Origin: Lama guanicoe | Lineage: Eukaryota | Direction: 5' to 3' | Assembly: GCA_013239625.1 (NCBI GenBank) | Contig: MU056760.1 | Coordinates: 2,795,493 to 2,859,492, forward strand | DNA: 64,000 bases | Shown: positions 12,654-25,960 of the stretch, piece after piece | How positions within the stretch are numbered: the stretch's first letter is position 1 | Layout: each line of letters starts with the position of its first letter | Position numbers and translations under genes: made by a program | The notes under the pieces: generated by a model | Told to the model about the DNA's origin: nothing | The model's input: the letters and a program-made list of their open reading frames with translations, nothing else | Databases searched by the model: none

Positions 12654-13553
12654 GCCCACACAAGGAGGCCTTGACATTGGGCGGTGGTGGGGCTTTGTGT
12701 GTGAATCATTCAGCCCCTTGCTGAGGGTTGTACCAATCACTGTTCTTAGTGATGCTGCCACACGAGGCATGTGGGCAGATGACACTCCTGGGTTGTGGGG
12801 GTGGCTTCTGGAAGGCCTGTGGGCCAGCTGCCCACCCCCACTCCCCACCTTCCACCAGGCCTGACCACCCTGGGTGCCCCAGGGGGCTTGTGAGGGCTGC
12901 TTTGTGTATCCCCTTTTCATGTCACGTGTTGCATGTGATGTGTGCACATGTGACCTGTGCCAGTTGGCCCCTTTCCAACTGGAACAGTCCCTCCTGCTCC
13001 CAGGACAGAAATAGCCCCAGGCCTTTTTCCCCTGAAAATTTGGAGCTTCCCCCGGGTCAGGGAGGGAGCTCAGAGCCGGAGCCTTAGTAGCAGCCCGCTC
13101 CACTCTGCTCCGCAGGGTTGGCCGTGTCCCCGAGGCCCAGTCCTCAAGCCCTGCCCACCCCCGATCCCGGCTTCCCTCTGTCTGCTGAGCAGGGGAGGGG
13201 CAGACACAGGCACTACCGATGAAAGAGGGAGGAAAGGAGTCGGCACAGACTGGCCTGGCCCCGGGTCCATGCTCTCAGCAGAGCAGCTGTTGGAGAGCCG
13301 AGGTCCCTGGAGTGAGGGCAGCCTTCCCTGTGAGAGGTAGCACCCTGGGACCTTTCGCACAACCCCTCGTTGGGGGGAAAGATCCAGGGAGTTACTGGTA
13401 GAAGAAAGGTAATCCTTGCATTCTGTGGCTGTGTGGCCTTGGACAAGCTGCCCAGCCTCTCTGGTCAGGTGTAAGGAATTGCAGTTCTGAGGGCCCCAGG
13501 CTGGTGACTGGATACCTATCCTCCCCAGTAACCTTTGCCTCTCTTCTCTACAG

Positions 13554-13671
13554 CTGGAGGAGGCAGAGCGCTTTGCCATGATTGTCATCCACCTCGGGGA
13601 GGAGGCCGGGGAGTTCCTCTCCAAAGGCTACCTGGCGCTGGGTCTCACCTACAGCCTGCAGGCCTCCGATG
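13554..13671 (+). CDS. TTC7A: TTC7A coding exon 12: [39 protein letters not shown](A)
   Basis: Acceptor ctcttctctacag|CTG, donor GATG|gtgagt; 118 nt, ends in phase 1. Confidence 0.96.
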
Positions 13672-14809
13672 GTGAGTGCCGAGGCCTGGGAGCCTCTGCT
13701 GGGGCGACTCAGGCCTCCTGATGGCCTCCCAGTGCCCACCCCCCAACACACCTCCATCAGCTTCTCTGAGATACATGTGCACATGCACGTGAACACACAT
13801 ACACACCCCTCAGTCCATCCTCGCTCTTGCTCAGACTTCACCAGCCTCAGACACGCTGCCTTCATGGGCCCAGTTCTTTCTCCCTCCCAGCCCCAGCTCC
13901 TGTCCTGGCCCACGCTGACCTCCGCTCCCGTGGTGCTTGTCGTCTTGAGATGCACCACCAGCCCCGACCCCACAGTGTCTTCCTTCTGGTTCACCTTTAC
14001 CCTCAGCACCACCGTCAGCTTCCCTTTCAGTGCATGGCATAGAGCTGGGTACACAGCAGGCATTTAATTAAATGGTGCATGGGTTCCACTCCTGCTGCCT
14101 GGAGCCTGGCATTCTCTCCCCAACCTCACCAGCTCAGCTGTGTGTCCCCCTAGGGGTCAGCAGCCACCTGCCTCTGAATCTTTCCCTAGCTTGAGGGAAA
14201 GGGAGGGATGGGCCCCCACCCAGACCCAACCCGGAATGCTGATCAGCTCCCACCCACACCTCCCAAATGCCAGCCCCCAGGAGCAGGCTTCAGAGGCCCC
14301 ACACAGTGAGAGGTAACCACAGCTAGCACTTGCACAGGAGGGGAGGGAGGGGTGCCGGGGCCCTGCTCCTTGTTCTCTAGTGACAGTGGTTGCTGTTTCT
14401 TCAGGACATTAGTGAGCCTCTGACAGGGAACCTTGGGGTCTCCACACTCTGGTCAAGTGAGGGGGATCATGAATCCCTTCATCAAAATCCAGTTTGCTCA
14501 GAGCAAGAGACCTGCCCTGTGACTTTAATCCTCTGGGATTAAAGCCATTCTCTACCCCGCCACATATACGTCAGAAGCCAGGACTGCTTTATAAGCTGGG
14601 GACCTCTGACATCTATCCACACCTGGTCCTGCCAGCAGCATTCCGACCTGGTCTGGCTGGAGCCTGGGACGACAGTCATTTTAAAGCTTCCCAGGGAGTT
14701 CAGCACCCGCTAAAGCTTTTAATGCCTTTCCTACTGCATTTAAAGTCAGGTTCAATTTACCAGAAAGGTGCCAGCTTTGGATTAAAGTAAGAAACCTCGT
14801 GGAGAAAGT

Positions 14810-14982
14810 ATGATAGAGGTTTCTGGTGGGCTAGGAGGAAGGGATTTAGTGTTCAGTGGGTTCAGACACTCTGCTAGAGTTGGTAAAGTTCTGGAAATGG
14901 ATGGTGGTCATGGTTGTACAACATGGTGAATGTTCTTAGTGCCACTGAATTGTCCACCTAAAATTTGTTGAAATGGTTAAAA
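14810..14982 (+). mobile_element. L1M (L1MB/L1MC-type) 3' fragment
   Basis: aaagttctggaaatggatggtggtcatggttgtacaacatggtgaatgttcttagtgccactgaattgtccacctaaaa. Confidence 0.78.
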
Positions 14983-15353
14983 GAGGAGAAGCCACATGAG
15001 TGAGGAAACCCAAGGAGGCATGTGGCCAGGACAGAGATGGTAGCTTTTCTCTCCAGGTGTGGGCCTTTGGAAGGGTCAGGTTGACCCAGGTGGCAAAGAA
15101 GGTGAAGGAGAAGAAGGACCTCTTGTGCCTAGAAGCAGGCCGGGAGATTGGGGCCAGGGGAAGACCCATACCCTCTACCCTGGTAACAAGGGCAAAGGGT
15201 GGCACCCGTTAGGAGCTGCTTGAGTGCAAGCACCTGCCAGGCAGGGTCCCGTGGGGCCTCTCCCCACAGAGCTCTGTGCCCCAGGTGGGGTGGGGCTGGT
15301 TTGGCCCCCTCCAGCAGCCCCTCATGGCTCTGTCTCCACCCTCTCTCCTGCAG

Positions 15354-15411
15354 CAACTCTGAAATCCAAGCAAGACGAATTGCACCGGAAAGCACTGCAG
15401 ATGCTGGAGAG
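15354..15411 (+). CDS. TTC7A: TTC7A coding exon 13: (A)TLKSKQDELHRKALQMLE(R)
   Basis: Acceptor ctctcctgcag|CA, donor GAG|gtaagg; 58 nt. Confidence 0.96.
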
Positions 15412-16427
15412 GTAAGGAGGTGCCTCATTCTCACATTTTCTCAGAGGACCCTCTGGCATGGATAGAGCAAAGATTTCTGTCCCCATTTTATTGCCCAGCA
15501 AACTGAGACTCTCAGAGCTCACATGGGAAGCAGGAAACCAGCCTTTAGGGTTGGGTGGGCAGGTTGAGGGCTCCCTCCAGGCTAGGCTCCCGCCCTCCCT
15601 GAGCTCAGGGCTCTAAAAGGGAACAGTACCCCTTTATTGCTGTGATAATTACATGAAATAAAGGGAGAATGCACCTTGACCTACCAGTAGCAGGGGCTCC
15701 AAAAGGGTGTTTGTCTTTTCCCAGCCCCTCCACCAGTGAGGCCCTCCCTCCCTCGGGCGTCCTTGCTGAGCCCCTCTTCACCACAGCCCCCTGAGCTCCC
15801 TCCCCTCTCCTTTCTCTGGCCCATCGAAGGGCTCTTCTCCCTGAGCCCTGTGTGTTTTGCTCTGTCAAAGCACTGGTGGGAGCTGCTGGTTGGGGGCCTG
15901 CCCCAGACTCAATATGTGGGCTTCCTTGGAGCATCCAGCTCCCCTCTCAGGCGGTTTGTTCTCAGACCCAGTGAGGTAGGAGAGTCCTATCCCAGCCAAC
16001 TCCTTCTAAGCTCCCAGGGCCAGAGGACATTTCCTCCCTTCTCTCACCAGCTTGTCATTCCCGCGCTTCTTTCGCAGAGGCTGTTCCCAGCCCCTCCATC
16101 CTCGGGGGTGTTCTCTCCTATCCCACAGTGGAGCGGGCAGGCTCCAGGCTCCGTACAGGCCAGACCCAGGCCAGAGGAGAGGGGTTTCCCCACCCCTAGT
16201 CCTACCCTCCCAGACAACCCCCACCTCAGCCAGAGCCAGCCCTCTTGGAGCCCACTGCCCCCTGCTGTGGCTGCCCTGATGCGTTCTGCCCCAGCCATCA
16301 TTTGCTGAGCACCCTTCAAAGCAGGGGTGGGCGGAATCCCTGACACTTTGCCGCTTGGTGCCCAGCACGGGCTGGCATGCTGGAAGCCCTCATCGCTCAC
16401 TGGTTGATCAATCCTAGGTGACTGTGA

Positions 16428-16547
<120 letters not shown>

Positions 16548-16589
16548 TAACACACAAGTCCCTGGGGCTGCTGATCTCCTAGCCCCACT

Positions 16590-16705
16590 GCTTTTATCAG
16601 CTGTGTGACCCTTTGCAAGTGACTTGACCTCTCTGAGCTTCTATTTCCTTATCTGTTATGTGAGCATTCATACTCCACCTCACAGGGATCTAGTAAGAAT
16701 TAAGG
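16590..16705 (+). mobile_element. MIR SINE fragment
   Basis: gctgtgtgaccctttgcaagtgacttgacctctctgagcttctatttccttatctgt. Confidence 0.75.
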
Positions 16706-19490
16706 CTTAAGTCAGCTAGTGTGGTAAAGCCCCTGCCCATGGTGGGGACATAGGAGGGGGTTGTTCTCTGCTCTCAGTCCCCCTACAACATGTCAGTTGA
16801 GACATGACATGAAAAGTTGACAGGTGACCACAATAAACATCTGTTTGCATCCTTGCCTTCTGCTGAGCTTTGCCCAAGGGTCTGGGGGAGCAGAGTGACT
16901 GGTACATGGAGCTATTTCTGCATGACCCAAAGCTTTTCCCTGACCCTGTAGATGCCAACATCAGGCTCGGCCTCTGGGGCCTGATGGGAGCCTCCCATAC
17001 TCTGACCACCATTGCCCTACTGGGACCACCTATGGTTCTCCACGCCGACCTGCATCCTTCCCAAGCTGAGCAGCTGAGTTGTCAGGTTGTGGGACCAGGC
17101 AATCACCCACCCAGCAGGTTGCCTTTCAGAAAAGAGCAAGGGCTCCCATCCCCCAGGCTCTTCCAAATTGCTGATGTCACATGTGCTTGGCCTCTCAGGC
17201 TGGTGGTTTGTGCACACACCTGGCCTGTAAAGCAAGACCTCTCAGTGGCCTTGACCTGGTGAGTGTGGACCCTGGACTGCTTGGGGACAGCAAACAAGCC
17301 AGCATGGACACAGGCTGGGCTCCAGACTGTGCGAGAGGAGTCACCAGAGCCCCCATCTACTTGTGGTCAGGGTACAGGCAGCCCAGCTAACGAGGTGCTG
17401 CTGCGCCGCACACTGGCCTGGGGGAGCCCTGCATCTGATGACGAGGGCGCCATTGGCCCTGATTTACACCTGAGGTGCTGACTTCCCTGAGCTCAGGAAC
17501 TGGAAACTGGCCAGGCCAGCACAGTCCACTCTGCTCCAGAGTCCACTCTGACCCAGTTAAGAAACCCCACGTGGCTCTAAGTATCTTATTCCCCTGTTGC
17601 ATTTGGAAACAGGGCACTTGGAACCTTGTCCACCAACCTGGCTATTGGTTTTACTGGTCGGTGTCAGCTTCTGGCCCCTGGTCTGGTCTTCAGGTAGTTC
17701 GGGGAACTGTGCTCCCCTGAACTGTTCACCTTACTGTCTGCTTCACCTTCCCCTCAAGCCCAGTGTCAGCCTGGCTCGTCCCCTCCCTGCCCCTTTACTG
17801 TGGGACCCCTTCCCTCTTGCCCCACACCTGAACCCAGTGCCCATGTCCACCCTGCCCTGACTTGTCTCTTCGTGAGTCACACTCTCTCCCTCTCCAGGTC
17901 CTCCTGTCTCAACCATTTTTCCCCCAGCAGCCCTGTTGACCTTCCCTCAGCCATTCATTGCTTCTCTCCTTTCCTCTTGCACCCATCCCTCCCCATGGTC
18001 ATGCCATACCTCTCCCCAGTCGCTCCATCCCTCCTCTGCCTCCAGGCTGCCACTGCCTGTCCCAGCCCCTGTCCCACTGTGCCCCTGGCTGCTGACTTCC
18101 AGGTCCTGGAGGAGGCACTTGGTACCTCTCTGCCTGTCTCCCTAGAAACATCAGTCTGCTCTGGTGCTCCCAGGAGTATGGACACAGAGATACTTGAGAC
18201 CACTTTATTTTTAGCCTCTGTAAAAGAGCCAGTGCTTTGCTTGCCAGACAAGTTCCTGATAAACCTCTGGTGATACATTTTTAAATATCTTTAATTATTC
18301 AGCCACCTCTGATGAATGGCGTCTGTCCTCCCAGAGAGATGGCTAGGCCAGGCCAGTGGAACCTGGTACCCAGTTTCCTTGAGGACCCCAGAACTTGGTA
18401 GCTTCAGGGGGGTGAGGGCCCCTAAATGAATTCTAAGCCAGTCCTGCCAGCTTAGGTCTCTGAGGCCCTCCAGCCCATCCTGCCCAGAGCATGCACGGCT
18501 GCAGATTTGGACATGCAGCCCAGGATAATGGGGTCCACTCTGGAGAATCACCAGGGCAGGAGTAGCCTTGGAGAGACTCAGGCAAGGCAAGCTGTTGGCC
18601 CATAATGACCCTGGCTTCCTCCTTTACTTCCCTTGACCTTTCCCCATGGGAGGACTCTGGGCCTGGCAGTAGTGCCTACAGCCAGTACAGAGGCCAGATG
18701 GAGACCAGGCGGTGGCCAGGCCCCAGCCTCCCTGCACTGTAGGCCCCTCAAGGAGCATTGGAGACTGGAGACCGAGGATTGGTAAGGAGCAAGACTTTCT
18801 GAGAAAGACTCTGGATGCTCCTAGGAGGGCAGGGCCCTGTGTGGATAGAGTCACAGGAGCTGACACGATCCTCGGGCCTGAGCACCTGAGAGAACACATC
18901 CCTCAAAGACTGGAAAGAAGAATCTTACCTGTTCGTTAGTTGCCTGAGTTTTGGAGGCTTCAAGACAGAAACTCACATTTTCAAACACACTTGGTACTCA
19001 AGACAATTCTACCTGTCTCACCCTCTCAGCCACTGTCATTTTGTAGCATAAGAACTGCAGCTCAGAAAGGTGAAGTCCTCTGTCCTGGGTGCCAGCTAGG
19101 AAGTGGCAGAGCTGGGATCCATGCCCCTTCTGACCCCAGAACCTAAGCTCTTGCCACTGTGAGCCTCTGAGTAGGAGGTGGCATTTATCTGTCGCCCCAT
19201 CACTGCATGGACAGGTTCAGAGCAAAAATGTGTAGCTAACGGTCTGGGTGCCCTGTCCTTTTAGCCCCTACTCCTCCAGTTTAGGAAATAGCACCGGCTT
19301 CCCGGGCCTGACCTGGGGCAGCAGATCCTTCCAGCGTGTTATTTGAAGGTGTATTTTCTCACCTGAGCCCCAGTGCCCAGGGTCTCACTTGAGTCTGCTG
19401 TGCCCTGGTTGGTTGGCTTGTGGCCCCAGAGTCCTGGGGAGAGGCACAGGCCTTGGGGAAGGTCGCTAAGCTGGCAGTTCTCTCTGGCAG

Positions 19491-19651
19491 ATCTCCAGCG
19501 CCATGGAGCAGCTGCAGGAGGCCCTGAAAGTGTGCAAGGATGACGCCAATGCCCTTCACCTGCTGGCACTCCTCTTCTCCGCCCAGAAGCACTACCAGCA
19601 TGCCCTGGACGTCATCAACATGGCCATCGCCGAGTATCCAGAGAACTTCAG
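19491..19651 (+). CDS. TTC7A: TTC7A coding exon 15: [53 protein letters not shown](S)
   Basis: Acceptor ttctctctggcag|ATC, donor CAG|gtgagt; 161 nt. Confidence 0.96.
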
Positions 19652-21306
19652 GTGAGTTCCCTGTGCACACCCCGCCTTGCCACGTCGCCAGCCAGCACAC
19701 ACTGATGGAGCACCCACTGCAGGCACACTCCCTGGCTGGAGAGCCACAGTAGGGCGAGGACTGGTGGGGTCAGAGCATGGCACTGGCATTCCGTTCTATG
19801 CCAGGAGGGGCCATGTGGGGAGTGGGGCGCTCTCTGCAGTAACTGTGTGAACCACCGAGGAAACTGTGCTCCAGTACATGGGCCATCCCACCCTGGGCTC
19901 CTCATTTGAGCCTCATGGGGACACTAAATTGTGGAACCTAATCATAACCCTGGCACAACCAGCCAAGGATGGGATCTAACACTGGCTGCACTGGTGGAGG
20001 CAAGTGACCCATCCTCCTGTGGCTGGGCAGGCCATGGGCAGGCGGGGGGAAGGGGTTAACTTCCTCCAAGATAGTCCTGGCCTCTCCCTCTGTCTCTGTG
20101 TGGAGCAGGGTTCTCGCTGCACTTGGCCCACACATTGGTGCTTGGAGCAGGACTATACACAGAGGACCTACTGCCACCCACCCAGGACACTGGGGAACAG
20201 GAGCCTCACTGGGCCAGCTGTGGCAGGAGGGCGCAATGCTCGGTGACAGGGAATGAGAGGGATTTCTGCCCTCCTCCCCCAGCCAGGTGATACTGGGGGT
20301 GATAGACTTAGTTTCTCTGAATCCTGTGATCCCAGGGTGTGGGGCCACAAGCGTTCCCACTCCCACTGTGCCCCACCTTAGGGTCTGAAGGAGGGCCATT
20401 TAGAACCAGTCAAAGGCTTTCCTGCTTTGGACAGCAGGAGGGAGCACGGTGCTGGTACCCAGGGAGGTGACTCATGCTAGCAGCAGAAGCAGGTTCACAA
20501 AGAATTAGGGAAACTGGTGGGAGCCACAGACGTAATCGGTGATGGAGGGAAGCTGCAGGCTGCCCGGCCCAAGGAGGAGAGCCCAGGAGTCTCTCTGTGC
20601 ATCCTGCCTAGCAGGGGCGGCGCTGACCCTGAGGCCGAGGCTCAGGCTTCCCTGCACTTTTGGCCTCCTTAAGAGGCCGCCTCCATGGCTGTGCTTGTGA
20701 GTTTTGCTGGGGGTGGCTTCCTGCCTGTCAAGGCTCAGGCAAGGTGCTTTGGGAGTGACAGCGTCCTAACTGTAAGCTCCCCAGTGTGTCCTGCTGAAGA
20801 GGGAGCCCCGGGGGTAAAAGGCCAAGGGCAGGTGTTCATCCTGCAGGTCAACCCTGCTTACCCTCATCCAGACTGACTGCCGGCTCGCAGCACCCTGACT
20901 TCTGACCCACTGACCTGGCCCAGGTGGGTGCCAGCTGCTCACGGCCAGGTGTAAGCAGAGGCAGTGCGTGGCGGGCGCCACATAGCCAGTTCTTTGTGTT
21001 CGGGAGACAGCCCTGGCTCTTGGCCTCAACCCTGTACTTGAAAGATTATTAAAATCGAAATCAGTTCACTTTAAAAGATAGGTAGCTTAGGGAATGCTCA
21101 ACATGGATAAAACTGTGTGTGGATGAGGGATTAGTTACCTTGTCTCATTAATCCCAAGTACAATACAGTGAGACTTACTGTGTAGAAATTTTATTTTTTG
21201 CTTTTATGAAAATACACGAAGGACAAAGGTTCTCTTCTTCCCGTACCAGTTACCTGACTGTTTTTCCAAAGCTCTGTTCTCATGCTGCCTCTGGCTTTGT
21301 GTGGGC

Positions 21307-21336
21307 GTGTGTGTGTGTTTGCGCGTGTGTGTATGT
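21307..21336. repeat. Imperfect (TG)n / alternating purine-pyrimidine tract
   Basis: gtgtgtgtgtgtttgcgcgtgtgtgtatgt. Confidence 0.7.
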
Positions 21337-22649
21337 ATTGTCACTTAGGCTTCTGTAGAAAGAGAAACTGTCACCAAAAAAGGGTTAGAATCCTAGAGTC
21401 GGGAGGGGGTCAGAGCGTGTGTCACAGAAGAAATGAGAGGCTAGGCCAGGCATCAGACATCGTTTTTCAGCAAGTCCTTTTTCCGAGTGAAATCTTATCT
21501 GTAAATGGAGACGTAAGCAGATGGAATAGAGCTGCCCCATGGGAGCCAGGCAAGGGGTCCACACGCTGCCCCCTGGCCCCACTCCAACCCCATCCCAGTG
21601 GAGGAGGCTCCCAGTCCAGCATCTCCCATCTGACTGCGCCACGTCTCCTCCTAACTTCTGGGCTGCATACTTCCTACTGGCAGAATCATATCCCTGGCCT
21701 GATGTGGGGAGGCTGACACCACTTTCTCAAAGTCTGCTTGAGCCCACGCTCTGTGAGACACGGTGGGAGTGGGGTTTGTCTGGTACGTGGGGGCAGCGCC
21801 TCCCAGCCCAGCCTGAGGGGTACCGCCTGCCTCCCGCTGTCTTTCCCCCTCCTCCCAGGCTCTTGGGCTGGTGTGGGAATGTCTTCTCCATCTTCTCCCA
21901 AATGCACTCCCCACCCCACCTTTCTTCCCTCCTCATTCTGGTGCCAACTCCTTCAACAGGAAATGCTTCACTCACCAAAGCATCTTCATGGGGATGTGGG
22001 GGAGGTGGTCCTTGCTGTGAGGTTAGTGACCCCCTAGCAGGCCTGTGGGTGGACTTCTGGGCTTCCAGGAATGCCTGGACTGGAACTATGACATTTGCAC
22101 CTGTGTGCCTGCATCCATGGAAATGGCTTTCAGCAGAGCCTCAGAGGGGTCCTACACCCAAGAAAGGTGGGAGGCCCAGGTGCAGATTGTGCTGCTGGTC
22201 AGTGTGTGGGATAACTGCCACTCTGTGTCCCTAGTTCTGCAGGCAGGAGCCTTCTACAGGGGCAGCCTCTGCTGTGGGAATAGCACTCCCCAATCCAGCC
22301 CCGCAGAGCCACTGCAGGGATCTCAACAGCTCTTGGGGCCTGGGGTCACAGCCCAGGGAAGGACAACATTTGAGTCCCATCCCCAGAGGTCTCCTTGGGG
22401 TTCCTGTGTTTCTCTGTCACTGCAGAGAGGCCTCCCGTGGAGCATTTGGGAACCAGAGCATCCCATTCCCCAGTGGTGCCTCACTGTGTGAAGTCTGCCT
22501 GTCTAGGGGTGGCAGGGAGAGAGAAGCAGTAGCAGGGTCTTTATCTCTGAGCCACTGCGAGCCCCTCACCTCCGCGACCATGCGGAGCTCTGTTCTGATC
22601 TGAGCCAGCCCTCCAAGGCTGCAAAACTAGCCGGTAAAATTATGGGGGG

Positions 22650-22697
22650 CTTCTGGCTTCCAGAACTGTGAGAGAACACACTTCTGTTGTCTTAAGC
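22650..22697. mobile_element. MLT1 (MaLR) LTR end fragment
   Basis: ttctggcttccagaactgtgagagaacacacttctgttgtcttaagc. Confidence 0.65.
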
Positions 22698-22746
22698 AAA
22701 AAAAAAATCACCTTCATAAAAAAAAAATATATATATATATATATAT
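22698..22746. repeat. Poly(A) runs plus (TA)n microsatellite
   Basis: Two A10-like runs followed by tatatatatatatatatat. Confidence 0.85.
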
Positions 22747-24264
22747 TAATAGAGTTAGGTGTGGGGGTGGAAAATCCACCTGCTACATAGCACTGTGTAG
22801 TGACCCTAGGGTGTGACCACAGCTCACAGTTGCAAATAAGTCAATACTTTTCCCCATGGATGAAACCCAGGGATTAGCAGGAAATGTCACTGAGTCCATT
22901 ACCGGTCAGGGATCACTGAAGAATGTCATTGCTCTTCAACTGACACTGCCTCCTGCTTCTCCAGCTGCTCCCTGCTTTGGGAACAGACTGTGTGTGGCTC
23001 CAGCTGTTGCCACGGCAGTTCATTAAACCTTTGATTCAATAAATATCACTGCACCTAAGCAAAAAAGCCCAACCCCCTTCACCCTGACCTTGGCATCCCC
23101 AACAAGGTCTGTATTTCGGGCACTTAAAGGCTGCTGGTGTGGGTCTGTCTGCCACCCAGCGCCTTGCCAACAGCTGCCCCAGTGGCTGAGACCTTGTAGA
23201 GGCTCTTCCCTTCTGCAGAGGCTGCCTTAGTGAAGGAGAGGGCGGCGGGCCAGTGTCAGGGTTGGAGGAGGCCTGGCACAGAGGGGATGCTGGTGGGATG
23301 CTTTCCTGGTGAGCTTGTCCCCATGTGGGGGCCATAATAGGTCCCTGCCTGTCACTTACCTGTGCTACCTCCAGCAGCTTGCTCCTCCTTCCTGTGCCTC
23401 CGTTTTCTCTTCTGCTGAGAGAGTGACATCTGTCCTGCCTCCCTCTGCCTCCTAGGTCTATTGTGAGACTCAGACAAGAAAAGATTTCACAGCTGGTTTA
23501 CAACTGCATTCAAGGGCAGCAGTGTAGGGGGTCTGGAAGGTGCCCACAAATAGCAGAAGACCATAACGTGGGGCCTGACAGGGGCAGTGCACATGGTGGG
23601 CCTCAGGCATCCTGTGCACGAGGGCAGGGGAAGCTGTGAAAACGTGTTTAAGCTCCTTAGCTGCACAAGAGGTCACCATTCTTCTGGGCAGTCTCAAGAC
23701 TCCTAGAGAAAAACCCAGCTTTCGTGGAGTTGACTTTTAAAAATCCTCCTGAATTCAGGGATTAGACAGCAAAGCAAAGAGGATCTTGATTTCTGTGCTG
23801 TTGGGGTGACCTTTAGTTAATGGAGCTCAAGTTTAAAAAGGCAGAAACATGATGAGACAGAGACTGATGGCCCTGCAGGGACGGTGTGAACCTGGCACAG
23901 TGGGAACCAGACGCCCAAGCAGTTTCCTTCCGGAGGGCTTCCGACTAAGCCCTGGACACATGTGCTGGCCAGGCTGTTGCTGGCCAGCTTGCAGGGGGCC
24001 TCAAGGGGGCAGCAGGCTCCCTATTTGGACCTGGGTTCCCAGCCAGGCCAGGCCTCGGAATGCAAGAGGTCCCATGGCAAGTGCAGAGATGCCTTTGCTG
24101 GTCCCTTCTCATTCTGGGATTGAGAGGCAGCTGGGAGGCCCAGCTGGAGAGGGTCACAGGGAACAGGCCACTGATAAGCTTGGTTCCTGAAGCCATGGGC
24201 TCCGTGGGGTGCTGGTTTTAGGTAACAGATTCCTTGTGCTTTAGTCAGGCTGCTTGGAGGGAAG

Positions 24265-24278
24265 GTCGCCATAGTAAC
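24265..24278. promoter_or_regulatory. RFX X-box motif GTCGCCATAGTAAC
   Basis: Match to GTNRCC-N2-RGYAAC; function untested. Confidence 0.45.
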
Positions 24279-25574
24279 CAAACAACATTCCGGGGCTAAT
24301 GATGGGAGCTTTCCAATAACTAGTCTGTCAGTCACTGCTCCCACCCCAGGCCTGGCAGCCTGCCAGACTGGTTTTGAAAGTCCAGGCCATCGGGCTGGGG
24401 CTGTTGACAGAAGAGCAAACCAGTTTGCCCTTCCCCTCCCCACCCCTCTTGGAAGTTTCTGCCCTGCCCAGCTGAGGTCCTGGGGGACTTGGAAGAGTCC
24501 TGGGGGAAGGGATGTCAGAGCCCCAGGGGACGCTCCCCAGCGCAGGAACTGTAAGGCCCTCTCGACAAGCCAGAGCTTGCCAGTTGTAAACAAATGGAAC
24601 CAGTCATAGCATCTCCCCCAGGAAACCTGGGCTGTTTTGGAAAATGTTTTGAGCTGATAACTAGGTGTTAGCTGGAGCCAGACCTTGACTGAGTCTGAGT
24701 CTGGTGAAGGCCAATGTTGGCTTCAAGGGCACCACTCTGATCTCTACCTGGCCTTCCTCACCTTGTTCTCAGGTTGCATTGTGATAAATTTCTAATGGTG
24801 CCTTCCACCCAGCAGAAGCGATCAGAGTCCTGGGGCTTCTGTTAATATCTCTGACTTAAACCCAGTGACTTGTCGAAGATCAAAAGGACGCTTAAAATAC
24901 CAGCCCTCCAGTGAGGGGGCTGGGATCAGAGGTATTAGCACAGACGTAGTTTATCACTTTGCCAAGTTCATTAAACATTTTTGGCTGCCACAGCCCCTGA
25001 TGGGGACAGGAGCCACGGGGTAAACTCACAGGCCATGTGGTTGAGGGAAGTGTAAAGCCAGGCATAATCACTGGCACCGGCCTGCTCTTCCCAAAGGTCA
25101 GTTCCTCATCGACTAAGCCAGCCTGACATTCAGCATTTCCCTTTGCTGGTTGTTCTGGGGAGCCTCCTGTGGTCTTACTCCGTGTGACCCTGCTGTCAGA
25201 TGGCATCCTCCGATAGAAAGGTGGATAATCTAGGTTGTTTTGTTTGGGGAAGAGGAAGGAAAAGAAAGAAAGGTGATTTGCAGGGTTTTTCCAAGAGGAA
25301 TTCTTTGTTTTACAGTGGGTTTAGCCCTTTGCTCCCCGATCCTCACTCCCTGACCTCCCTGCTATCAGAACGTGTTGGAGGTAGGCACTGTGGCCTGGGG
25401 CCCACGGGTTTCCAGCAGGAGTGGCCCAGCCCTGAGACAAAGTCTTTCTGCCCCTGGGATGGGGCCCAGGAGGTGCATCCATGCCCATAAAGTAGAGCTG
25501 GACTCCCCTTTGCAGTGGGTGGGCAGTATAACACACCAAGAAGCAAACAGCTTGTATAACAGGACACCCAGCCC

Positions 25575-25960
25575 TGGCTCTGTGCCAGGCTCTTCTCCGA
25601 GCACTTCGCATGCATTAACTATTTAATCCCCTCAGCAGCCCTGGGAGGTAGAGGAACTGTTGTTACTCCCACTTTCCAGATGAGGAAACGGAGGCAGGGA
25701 GGACATGAGTAAGCAACCATACTTAACAGGGGCTAGGTCAGTAACATCCGATAGGGCACACGTGGACTGACCCCTCTAGCAAGTTCTAGGCCTTTTATGT
25801 ACTTTGTTTCCACATGGCAGTCCCCCCGAGCTAGTGATACTACCATTCCCCTTTTATAGATATGAAACTGATGCTCTGAGAAGTTAAAATGACTTCTCAG
25901 GGGCTCACATGGCTAGAAGAAGGGAAGCTGGAGTTTGAACTGGGGTCATCAGACTTGGAT
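25575..25960 (-). mobile_element. Two adjacent MIR fragments
   Basis: cccactttccagatgaggaaacggaggca (~25668) and ccccttttatagatatgaaactgatgctctgagaagttaaaatgactt (~25847). Confidence 0.7.

Noticed and set aside
21539-22234. 231-aa plus-strand ORF, and similar 150-220 aa intronic ORFs
   Set aside because: No recognisable homology or exon structure; expected by chance in GC-rich mammalian introns.
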